Part shown: piece after piece, positions 51,049-63,322 of the stretch
Layout: each line of letters begins with the position of its first letter
Position numbering within the stretch: the stretch's first letter is position 1
NCBI GenBank assembly: GCA_024704765.1
Contig: JAKMXF010000004.1
Coordinates: 139,013-203,012 of the forward strand
Source: Oopsacas minuta
Lineage: Eukaryota; Animalia; Porifera
Direction: 5' to 3'
Length of the DNA: 64,000 nt
Notes under the pieces: generated by a model
Told to the model about the DNA's origin: nothing
What the model saw: only the letters and a program-made list of their open reading frames with translations
Databases searched by the model: none
Position numbers and translations under genes: made by a program

Positions 51049-54000
51049 GGTACAACTATAGAAAGTTACACCCCCAACTTTTTGCAAGATGATAAAAATC
51101 GCTATATGAGCCGTTATAGAACATGTTGAGAGATGAAGATTGAGCTAGAGATTTCTAAAATCGGTCAAGAAACAAAAAAGTTACAGCAATTTTAGCTTAT
51201 AAGCCAAAGTCTATGGGGAAATTGCAACTTCATTAAAGCCAAATATATTACAATAATAGTGTTGCAAATAGCATAGTAGTGTGCATACAATACTACAACA
51301 TACCTAATTAACATTCCAATGTCTAAGTAATTTGTGTTACCTATTAATCATTCTCTTAAATCTCCAAGTAAATAGACATATTTAGTAAACATACAATCTG
51401 CAATACTTTTATATTATTAGATAATTAATTATAAGTATAGAATGGAAATATAAGTATTGAATTGAGTATAATTGGGAATGCTGCATTTTACCAACAAATC
51501 TATGCAAATTTCAAACTGATTTTCGCCTGTCATTTCACCAACAACAGGATTTCTATTGTGTGATATACAGCAAACAATGCCATTCTACTCGTTATCAACG
51601 GAGCAAATTTGGAACAATATCAAATTATAACTGTGTAATATTGTCAAATAAACTACTTTTAAATGGTTTGAGTCCATGGTTGGTTCCACTGTTTGAACAA
51701 CTAGAATTATTTTGATTCTCATGTAAATATCTAGCAACTATGAAAAACTAGTAATTAGCATGCAAGAGATTGTATCTAAGTAACAGTATATTGGTTTCTT
51801 ATTTCTATTATTAAGTTGTGAAATGGATTGTCACCATATTCCTTTCTCCAGCAATATTCAGCGAGGTATGTATCCAGGAGCTTGGGGTTGGTGGTCATAG
51901 AATTTCTCATCTTTTTCTTGGCTTGACCCCAAGTGCTTTCGATTGTTTGTGTGTGAATCTCTGTCCCAGGGACCACAAACTGGATACTGTGATTAACAGT
52001 CAAATGGGTAAACGTAGCTGGTGGAATAAGATTGTATGAAGCCCATTCATCGCTTAGAATAATAGTACCCGGTGTGAAATATTGTTCTATAATGGGAATC
52101 AATGTAGAAGCTGATCTATCTTCAACTGTGACCATGAAAGCTTCTTTGGTCACTCTATCAATCCCACCAAACACTCATTTTCCTGATAGTTGCCTTCCTC
52201 GATGGTACTTTCTTTCCCAAATTTGCTTTCATTGATCTCAACGATGTGCCCATGTCCCCCGATTGGTTCAGGATTAGAGAGGTACTTCCCCACACAGATA
52301 TCCCTCAATAAATTTTTCCAATCCGTGATGGTGTTTGGAGACCACTTAAGAATCAGGGTTAAGAAATGTGTACTTTGTAGTCCTTCTGCCCAAAAATACA
52401 AAAATTCCACCAACTGAGTAAGAGGAAAATTGGATCCCTCAAAGAATGATCCTACTCATAGGGATGCAAATTTCTTGCAACCCTTTTCAGGACATCTCCA
52501 ACCTCTCCCTTCGTGCGCCTTAGAAAATACGCCTTCCGACATGTTTGCCCACATTTACATCTCATACCACTTGCTAATAATCCATGAATCCTCGACCAAT
52601 CGATACAATTGTCACGATTGATGGTTAACCTTAAGAATAATTCCTCCAACCTAATCTCATCGACGAACGGAAATGATGTAGGCATCATTACAGGTTTAAT
52701 TACGGGAGTAGCCATGAAAATTGCGACAATCGGGAAAAGCATAAGTTTGAAATGATATGCAGTTGTATTTCTGATATCGAAATATATTGTTAATATTTAT
52801 AGAGATTGCTTAGATCTGTCTACTTGGAGATGATCCACACTATTGATTTGCTTTTTATCACTCAGATAGAAAAATCAATTGTTACTTTTTCAACCACGAA
52901 AAAGCCATACTACATTAACGTGCAAGAAAAAGATAAACACTCCATTTAAAAAATGTTAAAAACTATACAAATGCAAATAATTCGCATGATGAACAATATA
53001 ATTCATCAACAGCCCATTATAATTATTATTTTATGAGGTTATGAGTTTGTTCCAACACGCATGGCAGATAACCATCTCTAACTTGTGAAGGAATACCTAG
53101 AATATGCTAAAAGCGGTTCATTTTTATTTATTATAATTTACTGAAGGGTATATTCACTCATGCATGTAGGTTCTTTGTCTTTCCTATAGATTATAATATT
53201 GAATTTAACCTTTTGGATTGCTCTATATTTTGAAACATGACTAAGTCCGAAAATTATTCTTACTCTAATAGCAAACAGCCGTATAACCAAGTACGTGAAA
53301 GCCTCCTTGTCCTACAGTTCAGGGGGTCCACTAGCAAGCAGCCCCCTGAACTGTAAGACGCAGAGGCTTTAACGGAATTTGTTATAAGGCTGCTTGTTAC
53401 TGGAGTAATGAATAATTTTCGTCCTAATTCCAGTTCCCTTATATGGGAATTTTGCTCGAATTTTCGGCCTTAATCAGTGAACCCAATACTGTATTTTACT
53501 AATACAATTTGAATTGATTCACAAAGAAACTCTTACATTACTTATCCCAAAAGTTGCTAGATAGAGTATCCCACAACCCCAAGCAAAATAAAGTCATTAG
53601 TTCTCATAAGTTCTCAATCAATTCCAGACAAACAACCAAAAATATGCATACCACGAAATACAGTTTCAGGCAAATCGGTTGCAATAGAAGTTTCATGCAA
53701 GTGTAAAAGGTGTCCTGTGTTATAGTATGATTTGATAAATTTCTAAAATTTCATTGAAAGCTTTGTTTTAAGCCCCCTTACGCATGCAACAATATTTATG
53801 TGCAACATTTTGGCATGCAACGATCAATACACACGATGCAAAAATTTTGTGTATGCCATCCCATAATACACGGTACAACATAGTTGCATTGTGTATAGTG
53901 GGCTTTACATTAATCAAACGAAAAAGAATCGCTGGAGATTATTAGAAGATGTGATACACGAGGAATAGAACTAACAACTGCTCCATTTAAGTTCAAGTAA

Positions 54001-54401
54001 TTACTAAATAATCTCTTGATATGTAGTTAATTAACAGAATATCATTATTGCAGATTATATGTTTACTAAATATGTCTATTTATTTGGAGATTAAGAGAAT
54101 GATTAATAGGTAACACAAATTACTTAGACATTGGAATGTTAATTAGGTATGTTGTAGTATTGTATGCACACAACTATGCTATTTGCAACACTATTATTGT
54201 AATATATTTGGCTTTAATGAAGTTGCAATTTCCCCATAGACTTTGGCTTATAAGCTAAAATTGCTGTAACTTTTTTGTTTCTTGACCGATTTTAGAAATC
54301 TCTAGCTCAATCTTCATCTCTCAACATGTTCTATAACGGCTCATATAGCGATTTTTGCTATCTTGCAAAGGTTGGGGGGTGTAACTTTCTATAATTGCAC
54401 C
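51049..54401 (-). mobile_element. Merlin transposon, 3353 bp, TIRs about 356 bp; transposase 51776-52742 disrupted
   Basis: Long inverted repeats 51049-51405 and 54046-54401 starting GGT(A/G)CAA(C/T)TATAGAAAG. ISXO2-like motifs VEINESKFGK, ILSDEWASY, VNHS, HTQTIESTW and YLAEYCWR. Confidence 0.92.
53771..53904. mobile_element. Harbinger-type MITE (134 bp) inside Merlin
   Basis: TSD TTA on both sides. Ends AGCCCCCTTACGCATGCAAC / AGCCCACTATACACAATGCAAC, with internal TGCAAC repeats. Confidence 0.6.
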
Positions 54402-56279
54402 ACTAAATATTCTTTCTATTCAATCTCAAGGAACAATTTTGAAATTTCTTTGAAACTACAATAGGTTCCATTCAATAACAATTGAGTGAAAAATACAAAT
54501 ACTGCGTTATAAGCTCATGATAAAACAAGATCATAAATCAAATCAACTTATATTGATGTCTGGGAACCGCAACTTATGTAATCGATTTGTTCAAAACTGG
54601 AACAACACATTGTGAAGATACATACTGATAAATATGCTGAAGAACGCAAGGAGATAAAACTTGCAATATAATCGCTGGAGGTAGAGAGAGTCGTAAAAGT
54701 ACGTCATGTGTCTTCATGAGGGAAACATGGTGTATACCCAAAATACGTGCACAAAAAGCAAAAAATAGGTAAGATACTCAATGCTTATTGGTATAATTAA
54801 GTAGAATAATTAACATCGCAATTAATTTAAGTAAAATTTCAAAATACTACATTCCATGAATCCTATCTACTGTAACAGTAAATTATTCAATTGTTTAGCT
54901 TTGGACATCACATCTTAAACCAATTCTATTTCTATTTCTTCACAAGAGGGTCAACGAATGTATAGAATCGGGAAGGAGTATATTATCAATAGACTAATAC
55001 CAATAAGTGGAGAAAAGACCACCCAATTGGCCCAAGACAACTGATAGAAGGAGAACAACAGATAGAAAGATAATAGCAAATAGAAGAACGGATGATAGAA
55101 AATATGGAACACACAAATGTTAGAAATCCAGATCGCAAGCTCAGAAATGCCGCAGGCTGTAAAATGTACAAGACAGCCAAAGTGAAAGGAAAGATTTTGT
55201 GGTGTTGTTAAAGAAAATCAAGAAAATCAAAAGGAAGTCCTCGCAAACATATACAGGAGGCGTATCAAAAATACAAAGGGAGGTAGGAAACAACGTGGGA
55301 ATGCTTTTAGATAAATATTTAGAGAACAGAGTAACATGTAATTTTTGGACATGTGTAATTTATCCGAGACAGCTCGGGAATCAATGTTTTGTCCCGATTA
55401 ACCGATTACACAGTGGACTATTTTGGGAAACAATACAGGTAGGATATAACTCCAATAATTTTTTATTATTTTCTCTGAATCTTCCGCTACTGGGGTTTTA
55501 ACCAAAGATTTTTGTCATGTCAGATTTTGAGAATGATTTAGCATTTAAAATTATGAAGTCCTATTTAATTCCAAAAATATTCAAATTTATTTCATTCTAT
55601 CCATGACTATCTAATATATTCTTAACTAAACATAGTGTCGGTGGGTCAGGAAGTCACAGTGTGCCTAATCTTAGATCTCAAACAGCTCGTGATCGTTCAC
55701 ATTTTCTCTTGTTTGTGAGTACTCATCTTGAATTGAAAGATTGTCAACCAAATATTATCTGGTCTAATCAATACCCAAAATCTAGATTCTCCAACCAGCA
55801 ATCGCATTGCTATCTTAAAAAGAGAAAATTGAAAATGTCACTACTCTAATGAATTTCTTGAATCCTCAGATTGACGGACTCGTGTCAACTGGCTTTGAGA
55901 ATGAAAGTGTACATGTATATATTGAAATTAAGGCTCTAATGTTAGATGGAAAATTTGTGCCGAATTTCCTGTGACCTTATTAACTAAAATTCTAAGAATT
56001 ATTCTTAACTTAATTCTAAGTGTATTTCTAAGAATAATTCTAAGAATTCATGAAATATTCTTAGAATTGGGTTATTCTACTTGATTGATTCTTGCTATTG
56101 ATTAATAAAATTTATGCCAATTCATTCGACTTCAATCGCTTTTTGAGAAGATATGCGAATAGTAGGAAATAAAATCCTTACACTTGTATACTTCATTTAC
56201 CATTAATGAGATAAATTGCCCCGCCCAATAGAAAATGATATTCATTGCTTTTCCCATTTGTGTACCATTGTATAAACTC

Positions 56280-57321
56280 ATGGCCTCGCTTTTTGTTCTT
56301 TTAGAGCTGGAAATAGGCAGTTTACGATGACAGAGAATATTTCGTGATAGGTTAAACCCTATTGATGCATATACAGATGTAGAATTTATTTCTCGTTATA
56401 GAATCAGAAGAGAAATGTTATTAGAATTGCATGATAAAATTGAGACTTTCATGTGTCGATCTACAAGCCGATCTCATTCACTTTCGGCGACAACTCAATT
56501 AGCGGTCACTCTTCAGTTTCTAGCTACGGGTAGTTTCCAAACTGTGGCTGCATCAGCTCATGGAATTTCCCAGCCCTCTGTGTCCAACTGTGTTAGAGGT
56601 GTAACAGATGCATTGTGCTCAATTGCGAAAGAGTATATACAGTTTCCAACTGCTGCTAGACAGATGAGCATGCAGCATGGATTTATGGAAAAGTTCGGGT
56701 TTCCTAAAGTATTAGGTTGCATAGACGGCACACACATCCCATTTGTTGCACCTAGCACCAACGAAGCAATTTATGTTAATCGTAAAAGTTTTCATTCAAT
56801 TAATGTCCAAGCCATATGTGACGATTTATTCAAGTTTATTGATGTAGTTGTGAAGTGGCCAGGTAGCACACATGACGCGTTCATATGGAGGCAATCAGGA
56901 ATCAATCTTAGGATCGCCAGTAAAGAAATCCAATTCTTGATGGGTGGTATCTCGGCGATAGTGGTTATCCGTTGCGCCCAAATTTAATGACTCCATTGCT
57001 ATCTCCTGTACACCTCGAGAAAGAATGTATAATCGTGCTTCCCTGAAGACACGAAAGACAATTGAATGTAGCTTTGGAATATCGAAGAGCAGATGGAGAT
57101 CAATGGACAAGACTGGTGGCAGTTTGTGCTATATCCCAGAGAGGGTTTGCAAACTAATCATATCCTCCATGATACTTCATAATTTTTGTGTTGTTTGCGG
57201 TCTTCAAATTGATATTGAAAACTTGGAAAGTGACATGCCCTACACCGAAACAGAAGACACTGAACATTCAGATAATGGGATTGTAGTTAGAGAATATATA
57301 ATTATAAACTATTTCACATGA
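56280..57321 (+). pseudogene. Harbinger DDE transposase (HARBI1-like), one in-frame TGA and one frameshift
   Basis: LQFLATGSFQ, GCIDGTHIP, YVNRKSFHSINVQAICD, KWPGSTHDAFIW, YLGDSGYPL (shifted frame), IECSFGISKSRWR and LHNFC. Confidence 0.93.
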
Positions 57322-57568
57322 TATAGGAAGTTTAATTAATTAACTGAGCACATGAATGAATTAGGCTCTGATCCACTTATAACATAATAATCTTAATTAA
57401 GGATTCCCAATCTTGACTTTGAAAGTAATGAAGCGATGAAGACAAAGTGGAAGTAGGAAATGAAGGGGGCAATGTTTGAAAATGTGCCAGAGGAGGCATA
57501 GTTTGAGCTATCAGAAGAGAAAGTGTCTTTGATTGGTCCGCTGCTGCAGGTTGCAAAATCTGGATCAT

Positions 57569-58184
57569 TCAAACGAATTTACTCTCAAGCCGATCTAGCT
57601 TAGAATCAATGTTAGTCAAAATCTCCAATTTCTTATCTTCTTTCTCTAAAATTGCACGTTTGGTCGATTCCAATTCGTCATTTTCCAAACGATGACGTTT
57701 TCTTGGGGCTTGTTGGAAAAACTTCATTTGTTCAATATCTTCAGAGGGAACTGGGCTTATTAGCATCCTTTCAGTTTCCTCATTTGCACATTGAGATTCA
57801 AGAGAGAGATCGATACCCGATTCAATGCTTCAAAAGCTTCCTTCCCTTTGATACTACTGATTTTAGCTTCTATTTCATCTAAATCAGCATCTGCAGGACC
57901 TCCAGTTTTTCTTGCTGATGCTAACTTATCTGCAATACGAGGCTTATGTTTTGTTAGTATATTATACCATTTTTTCATGACATCATCTCTTGTTCTTACA
58001 TTCCCATGTAATTCAGACAGTCTCCCTGAAATTTCTTCCCAGATTTTGTTCTTATCATCTAAAGTCAGAGTTGATGTTAGAGCTCCGAACAATTTCGATT
58101 TTTGATCATGAATGAGATCCACGAGTGACATTATCTCATCCTGAGTAAAATTCTTTGAACGAGTTTTCGATTTTCAGTGGTCAT
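57569..58184 (-). pseudogene. Harbinger Myb/SANT-like DNA-binding protein, frameshifted
   Basis: KNFTQDE...KNKIWEEISGRL...RTRDDVMKKWYNI...ARKTGG trihelix/Myb pattern. Confidence 0.88.
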
Positions 58185-58959
58185 AATGCGAGCGATTGTT
58201 AAGATTTTATCATAATTAATCACCATTTTATTATTATTTATACTTATCACTAAAGATGATAATATACGTAAATGAATATAATTGCATAGATTGCGTATAT
58301 TTTTGCAGGACGTCACTCAAATGATATTGACTTTATTTACCTTAGTTTAGATACAACACTATTATGTTTCAAAATATGAAATATAATTACATAAATACAT
58401 TTATTGATGTCATAATGCAATTCAGAGTGACATCAAGAAATTGTATCTAAATATAGTTGGTATGAAATTCGACTATAGTTCTATGCTGCGGGTATTACAA
58501 CATGTGGATATGATAATCAAACATATTGTCTTATGCGATAAACAATCTTCTTTGTAAAAAATGCATATTAATTCTAATTTCATAGAAAAGTTGAATAAAT
58601 AATAAGTTAAGTGTCCTCTTTAACTCACTAAATATTTTTCTTAGAATTGTTCGAATTCTTAGAATTATTCTAAGAATCAGTCTAATTCTGAGAATTTCAC
58701 TTAAAGCTAAGCAAAATTGTAAGAATTTGATTTTAGAATTTTAGTTAATAAGGCCACTGGTCTATTTACACTAAAGTATACGTTTAGCTTTATGTAACTC
58801 TATACAAAAATCTCTATACATGCTCTGTTATTGGTGTTATTCTAACTGTATCATGACACATACGTGATTATTGTTTTCGGTAGTCGAAATGTGATGACTC
58901 AAGAATCTAGTCAGGTGCGGCGAACCAGGTACGGTATCAACCTTGTCATACTTGTCTAT

Positions 58960-59720
58960 CAATTTGTATATTTTCAAGGCAGTCTCCTTAATCGGTAAGG
59001 AATAGTAAACCTACAACAGCGAATTAACAAAATTTGAAACAAGTATGAGTATGTTTATAAGATTGTAAATCCATTTCACCATTAGTTAACATACTATCAG
59101 CTTGAGATAATCTACAGGTTATAGTTCGATAGATATATACAATTAGTTAATGGGCTCTAGCAATACTTGTGCGCATATAGATTCAAAGTAAGGAATGTTC
59201 ATGCGGTGACCCCTTTTGCTGAAACTCTATCCTAATATAATAATCAGTGAGAATACCAACGGGACTAACCTACAAGCGAAGGAGTTAGCAAAGCTGCTGA
59301 AAACGATGGTCAAAATACCTTGCGTAAGTCACAAGAACTCTCCTTATCAACTCTGCTGTTCACTCCATTGTAATTCCAACACAAAATCTGTGGAAAAGTT
59401 TTCGTTATGTAGAATTTTTCCGGAGTATTCACAATCTGGCCATTTAGTCTCAGCGTCTGATAGTATGAGAAGAATGTAAGGTATCCAAACTGTCTTATCA
59501 TAGACATTGACTCTGTTTCTGTTGCCAGAATGCAATAGAAGACCGAATAGTCTTTAGGAATTGAAAACCATCATCATGTGCTATCATTTTCTCCGGACTT
59601 TCATCATTCAGGATATTAGATACAGTCACAGTCTGATATCTTTGTGGATTGATTTTTCAGCCAAATATTTATAATATTATGCAAGCTCTCATACTCTACC
59701 CTTTTGTAATTAGGGAAGAC
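58960..59720 (-). pseudogene. Helitron/Helentron Rep (HUH) domain remnant
   Basis: Minus-strand fragments DDGFQFLKTIRSSIAFWQ, MIRQFG, AETKWP, FDHRFQQL, YYIRIEFQQ.GSPHEHSLL and HKHTHTCFK match Helitron Rep motifs. Confidence 0.85.
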
Positions 59721-60599
59721 TAACTGTATGATTGTACTACACCTTATATCGTATATAAACGAATATGCAATAAATTATTGTGAATTTGTTTGTAATATGG
59801 TATCACTTGAGGATCATCAAATCGTCAGGAAGTTCCCGTTTCACACCTGCGAATAAAGCAGGATAAGCGAGCACGTTAATATACTCGTCCTGTATTATAT
59901 TCATGGGTGTTTTACCTTTGCGGTGACCTAGGAATGGAAGTGGTTAATCTACCATCCTTTTCCCTACCGAAGTCTGTGTTCGCAGCGTTGGAACAAGTAA
60001 AATTCTTCTTTGATCGGGTTGAAGTGGACGGTGTAACATCCCATTGATCATTTGTGAATTATCTATTCCTAGACTTGCATTTGTTCGGTCGCCAAGTGGA
60101 TCATTCTGAGCAAGGTGTTACAAGACATTTATGCCAAGATCTGCGAGGCGAAATGGAGCAGAAATTGTGGACGTAATGTGCATCTCCCTTTTCACAATCT
60201 GGTGCTTTTCTCTCTGGTAAGTAACTAAACCTACATGGCCTAATTTTTACCCACCACTTACTCTGCTAAGCACGTTTCTACAATTTACATTTTCATTCTT
60301 GAAGGTCTGAATATCTCGAAAACAAATCAAGGGCATATAAAGCAGAATTCCCGATCGAAAATGCTCAATGCATAAAAGATTTGTCACCAACTGGCTGAAA
60401 GTAGCAGCTGAACACAACAGCCTCGCTGATCAGATCTTGAACAACTGTTTGGAATGTACGAGCCATCATTCAAACAACCCGATCCACGTGGACTGAAAAG
60501 GTTAATCAGCAAAAGTATGGGACCCTATTCAAGATCTGTGCCAAAGGATACTACTCTTGGTATAGAGCTACAAGAGTTCAGAGACACGCGAGTACCCAT

Positions 60600-61082
60600 G
60601 AAGGATCCAACTGAGTTATAGCCGTACAGTGGGTTAACAAATCTCCGCACCTGTGCAAAAATACTTTTCTCGGCACCAATATCTTCTGCAGGGGTGGAGA
60701 GGTTGTCAGCTAGGCCGGCAATCTACTTTCGGAGATGAGAAAGAAGATGTCACATGAGGTGATGAAGAAACTGGTATATATCAGGTACCAGAAACAATTA
60801 AAAACACTAATCAAGAAGCTGAGGATTGTAATCAAGCCAGAGGAAGTATCAAAGGCCATCAACAATGAATCTAGAGATTTAGTATAACACTTGATACATT
60901 AATCAACCTCTGGATAGCGGTTACCTGAACATAACAGTCACTATTAGCCAGTCTTGAGTTGCTTTTCGAGACAAGTTTATTAGATTGTTGGAATATCTTT
61001 GGATATCCATGGATATCCAACCAAAATAACATGGATATGGATATAGATATGAATGGGATTTATCATCCCCACGGCAAGGCTG
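60600..61082 (+). mobile_element. 3' end of a decayed hAT element
   Basis: Dimerisation motif LFSAPISSAGVERL...KKLVYIRY, GGATAT-rich subterminal repeats, and a TIR-like end CACGGCAAGGCTG. Confidence 0.55.
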
Positions 61083-61949
61083 ATTAATTGCCAACCACCA
61101 ACTCCGTATATTATTCTTAAAGGAGCTAAATCTTGTAGGGTGGTAGAGATAGAAACAAGTTTGTAAACACGAATTTTTCACATTGATGGATATGAACGAA
61201 TAATATACATTCGAAACCAGGTTATCTTACTCGGTTTTGCCTTACCATGGGTACTTCCGTGCAAAGAATTAGCAAGGACAAAACAGTTCGACCATTGATC
61301 GCATTGAACGATATACACCCTCACTAATCTGAACACAATTGTTCCGATTGCAAATTATTTCGTTCGGTTTGCGAAATGCATTGAAACAATACTCTAGAAT
61401 CTGGGAGTCCATTCTTTCGAAAGTTGTACAACAATGGAATGCATCCAACATTGGTAATCTAGTATTAGATATTGATCTGCAGTAGAGTTGGATATAGATG
61501 GCCATGTTTTTTAGTTTTAGACAATTTTCCACATTGTAAAGACTGGGCGCGTTCGGATTAACGAGTTTTGGATTAGCGAGGGTTTACTGAAGCTAGAGCA
61601 GAACTAGGTTAGTATGTACATTAGATTTCTCTAAAACTGATAAGCAAATATTTCATTAATTGTATAGGAGCAAGAATAAAACGTACTTCTGTAGTTCGGT
61701 TAGAACTTACGAAATTGTGTTCCCCCGAGGAAGTACGTCTGATGCGAGTTTAACGGTAAATAGGGCTGGGGAAACATGAAATTCGGAAATATGAAATATT
61801 TCAGAAAAGTATCAATATTATTTCTCTGAAAACAACTTGCCCCACGCAATAAATATATAGAATCAACGCCTCTGAATACAGGTATCACATTTTCATCAGT
61901 CAACTATAGTGAAATTGTACTATGGATTTACATCCAAATAAAAATGGTT

Positions 61950-63322
61950 GCCGAAAATATTACAAGTATCACTGTACCGAGTATTACTTAGTAGGCGTAG
62001 CCAAAGGAGAAAAGGACATCCTGAGGACCCCATGGAGAATTTTGAGCACTGTTGAGAATTTATTTAACATTTTGATATATGAAGCTTTTGTTTTTGTTAT
62101 TGATAAGTAGTATATTGGGAATTTAATCTTGCTCTAAGAATTAGGATTGACCACGTTGTTGCGGAAAGAAATTCCTCACTTTTCACTGTATCATTCATCA
62201 AGCTCTGTGATTAAAATTCCAATGATCGCCTATTGTCAGGTATGACAACGGTTACTGATAGTGAATTCTTATTCGAGTTAAAGCTAAATCCTTGAATAAT
62301 CATCAATTTGTTGGATTTCTTGGAGATTGAAACTGAAAAATAGTGTTTGATAATGCATAGTGAAGTTCGATGGCTTAGTCGAGGGAAAGTTTTAGACGGA
62401 TTTATTGCTCTGTTGCCACTTATAAACGAATTATTGAAATCAAAACATATCAACATTTAAGGCCAATATCTGTGTGATATTGATTGGGTTCATAATCTCG
62501 CTTTTCTAACTGGCATAACACCACTTGACCATCTTAACCTTGAATTGCAAGGAAAAAGACAAAATTATTGACAATCTAAGTTATACTGCAGTAAAAGCTT
62601 TCTGAGTATGATTAGTTTGTTTCTAGAGCAGTTAAGTAAGATGGAATTGTGTCATTTGATCAACTAAAATTGTCTATAGAATAAGAACCAAAACATATTC
62701 AAAACATGGATCGATAGCTGGAATGGACTAATCAGCTAAAACAGAATTTTTCTAATAGGTTTAAAGATATTGAACATATTTCTGATACATTAAACTTTCT
62801 CCAAAATCCAGTTCAATTTCCTTTGTCAAAGGGTGGAAAATTTGGCTCGAATATTAAGCCTGGATTGTGCGAGAATTGCGATTGTCCTTATTGATCTTCA
62901 ATCGTACCGAACTGAATCAACTCTTGACCGGAGAAATTAATTCAGCCTTACATTCGACTAAAAGCTGCTAAAATTCTGTTCATTATTAGTTCCACGTATA
63001 CTTGTAAAGAACATTTTCTGCAATGAAAGCGTTGAATCCTATACAAGAAGAAGCCGTTTAATGATGAAAATCTAAAAATGAGATACGCTACTCAATCACT
63101 TCACTAGCCCCTAATTTTGATCTCCTTATTTAAGAGATAAACTGCCAAATGTGTCATTGATTAAGAACTTAGACTTTGTTATTGTATTACATTTAATACA
63201 ATTTTATACTATTTTGTAGTAAGTTCAACATCTTCAATAAGAGTTTTTGTGGTCACAAGAACTGATAGACTTTGGGCCCGCAAAAGGATCATGGACCCCA
63301 AAGTGTGGCCCACCTCCCACTG
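61950..63322 (+). mobile_element. hAT SPIN/GTF2IRD2-like transposase remnant and 3' end
   Basis: MHSEVRWLSRGKVL, LAFLTGI..LDHLNLELQGK, SSTYTC and RSRLNDENL motifs; candidate end CCCACTG at 63322. Confidence 0.75.

Larger units (their letters stand above)
55972..58756. mobile_element. PIF/Harbinger transposon, full length (2785 bp), two convergent genes
   Basis: TIR TG(A/G)CCTTATTAACTAAAATTCTAA and 3-bp TSD CTG (55969-55971, 58757-58759). Confidence 0.93.

Noticed and set aside
51776-52174. Bacterial IS1595/ISXO2 insertion or contamination
   Set aside because: Long TIRs, an 8-bp TSD in the sister copy and nesting with eukaryotic TEs identify these as Merlin, the eukaryotic relative.
26064-56330. 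Stop-codon reassignment or readthrough, suggested by TAG/TGA at Trp or Arg positions in MULE, both Merlins and the Harbinger transposase
   Set aside because: The same genes also have frameshifts, and the two intact host genes read fully in the standard code. Single transitions (TGG>TAG/TGA, CGA>TGA) in dead copies explain it.
61269-61588. pogo transposase fragment beside a Tigger-like end
   Set aside because: Only a weak MLDAFH-like similarity, and its position relative to the TIR is inconsistent.
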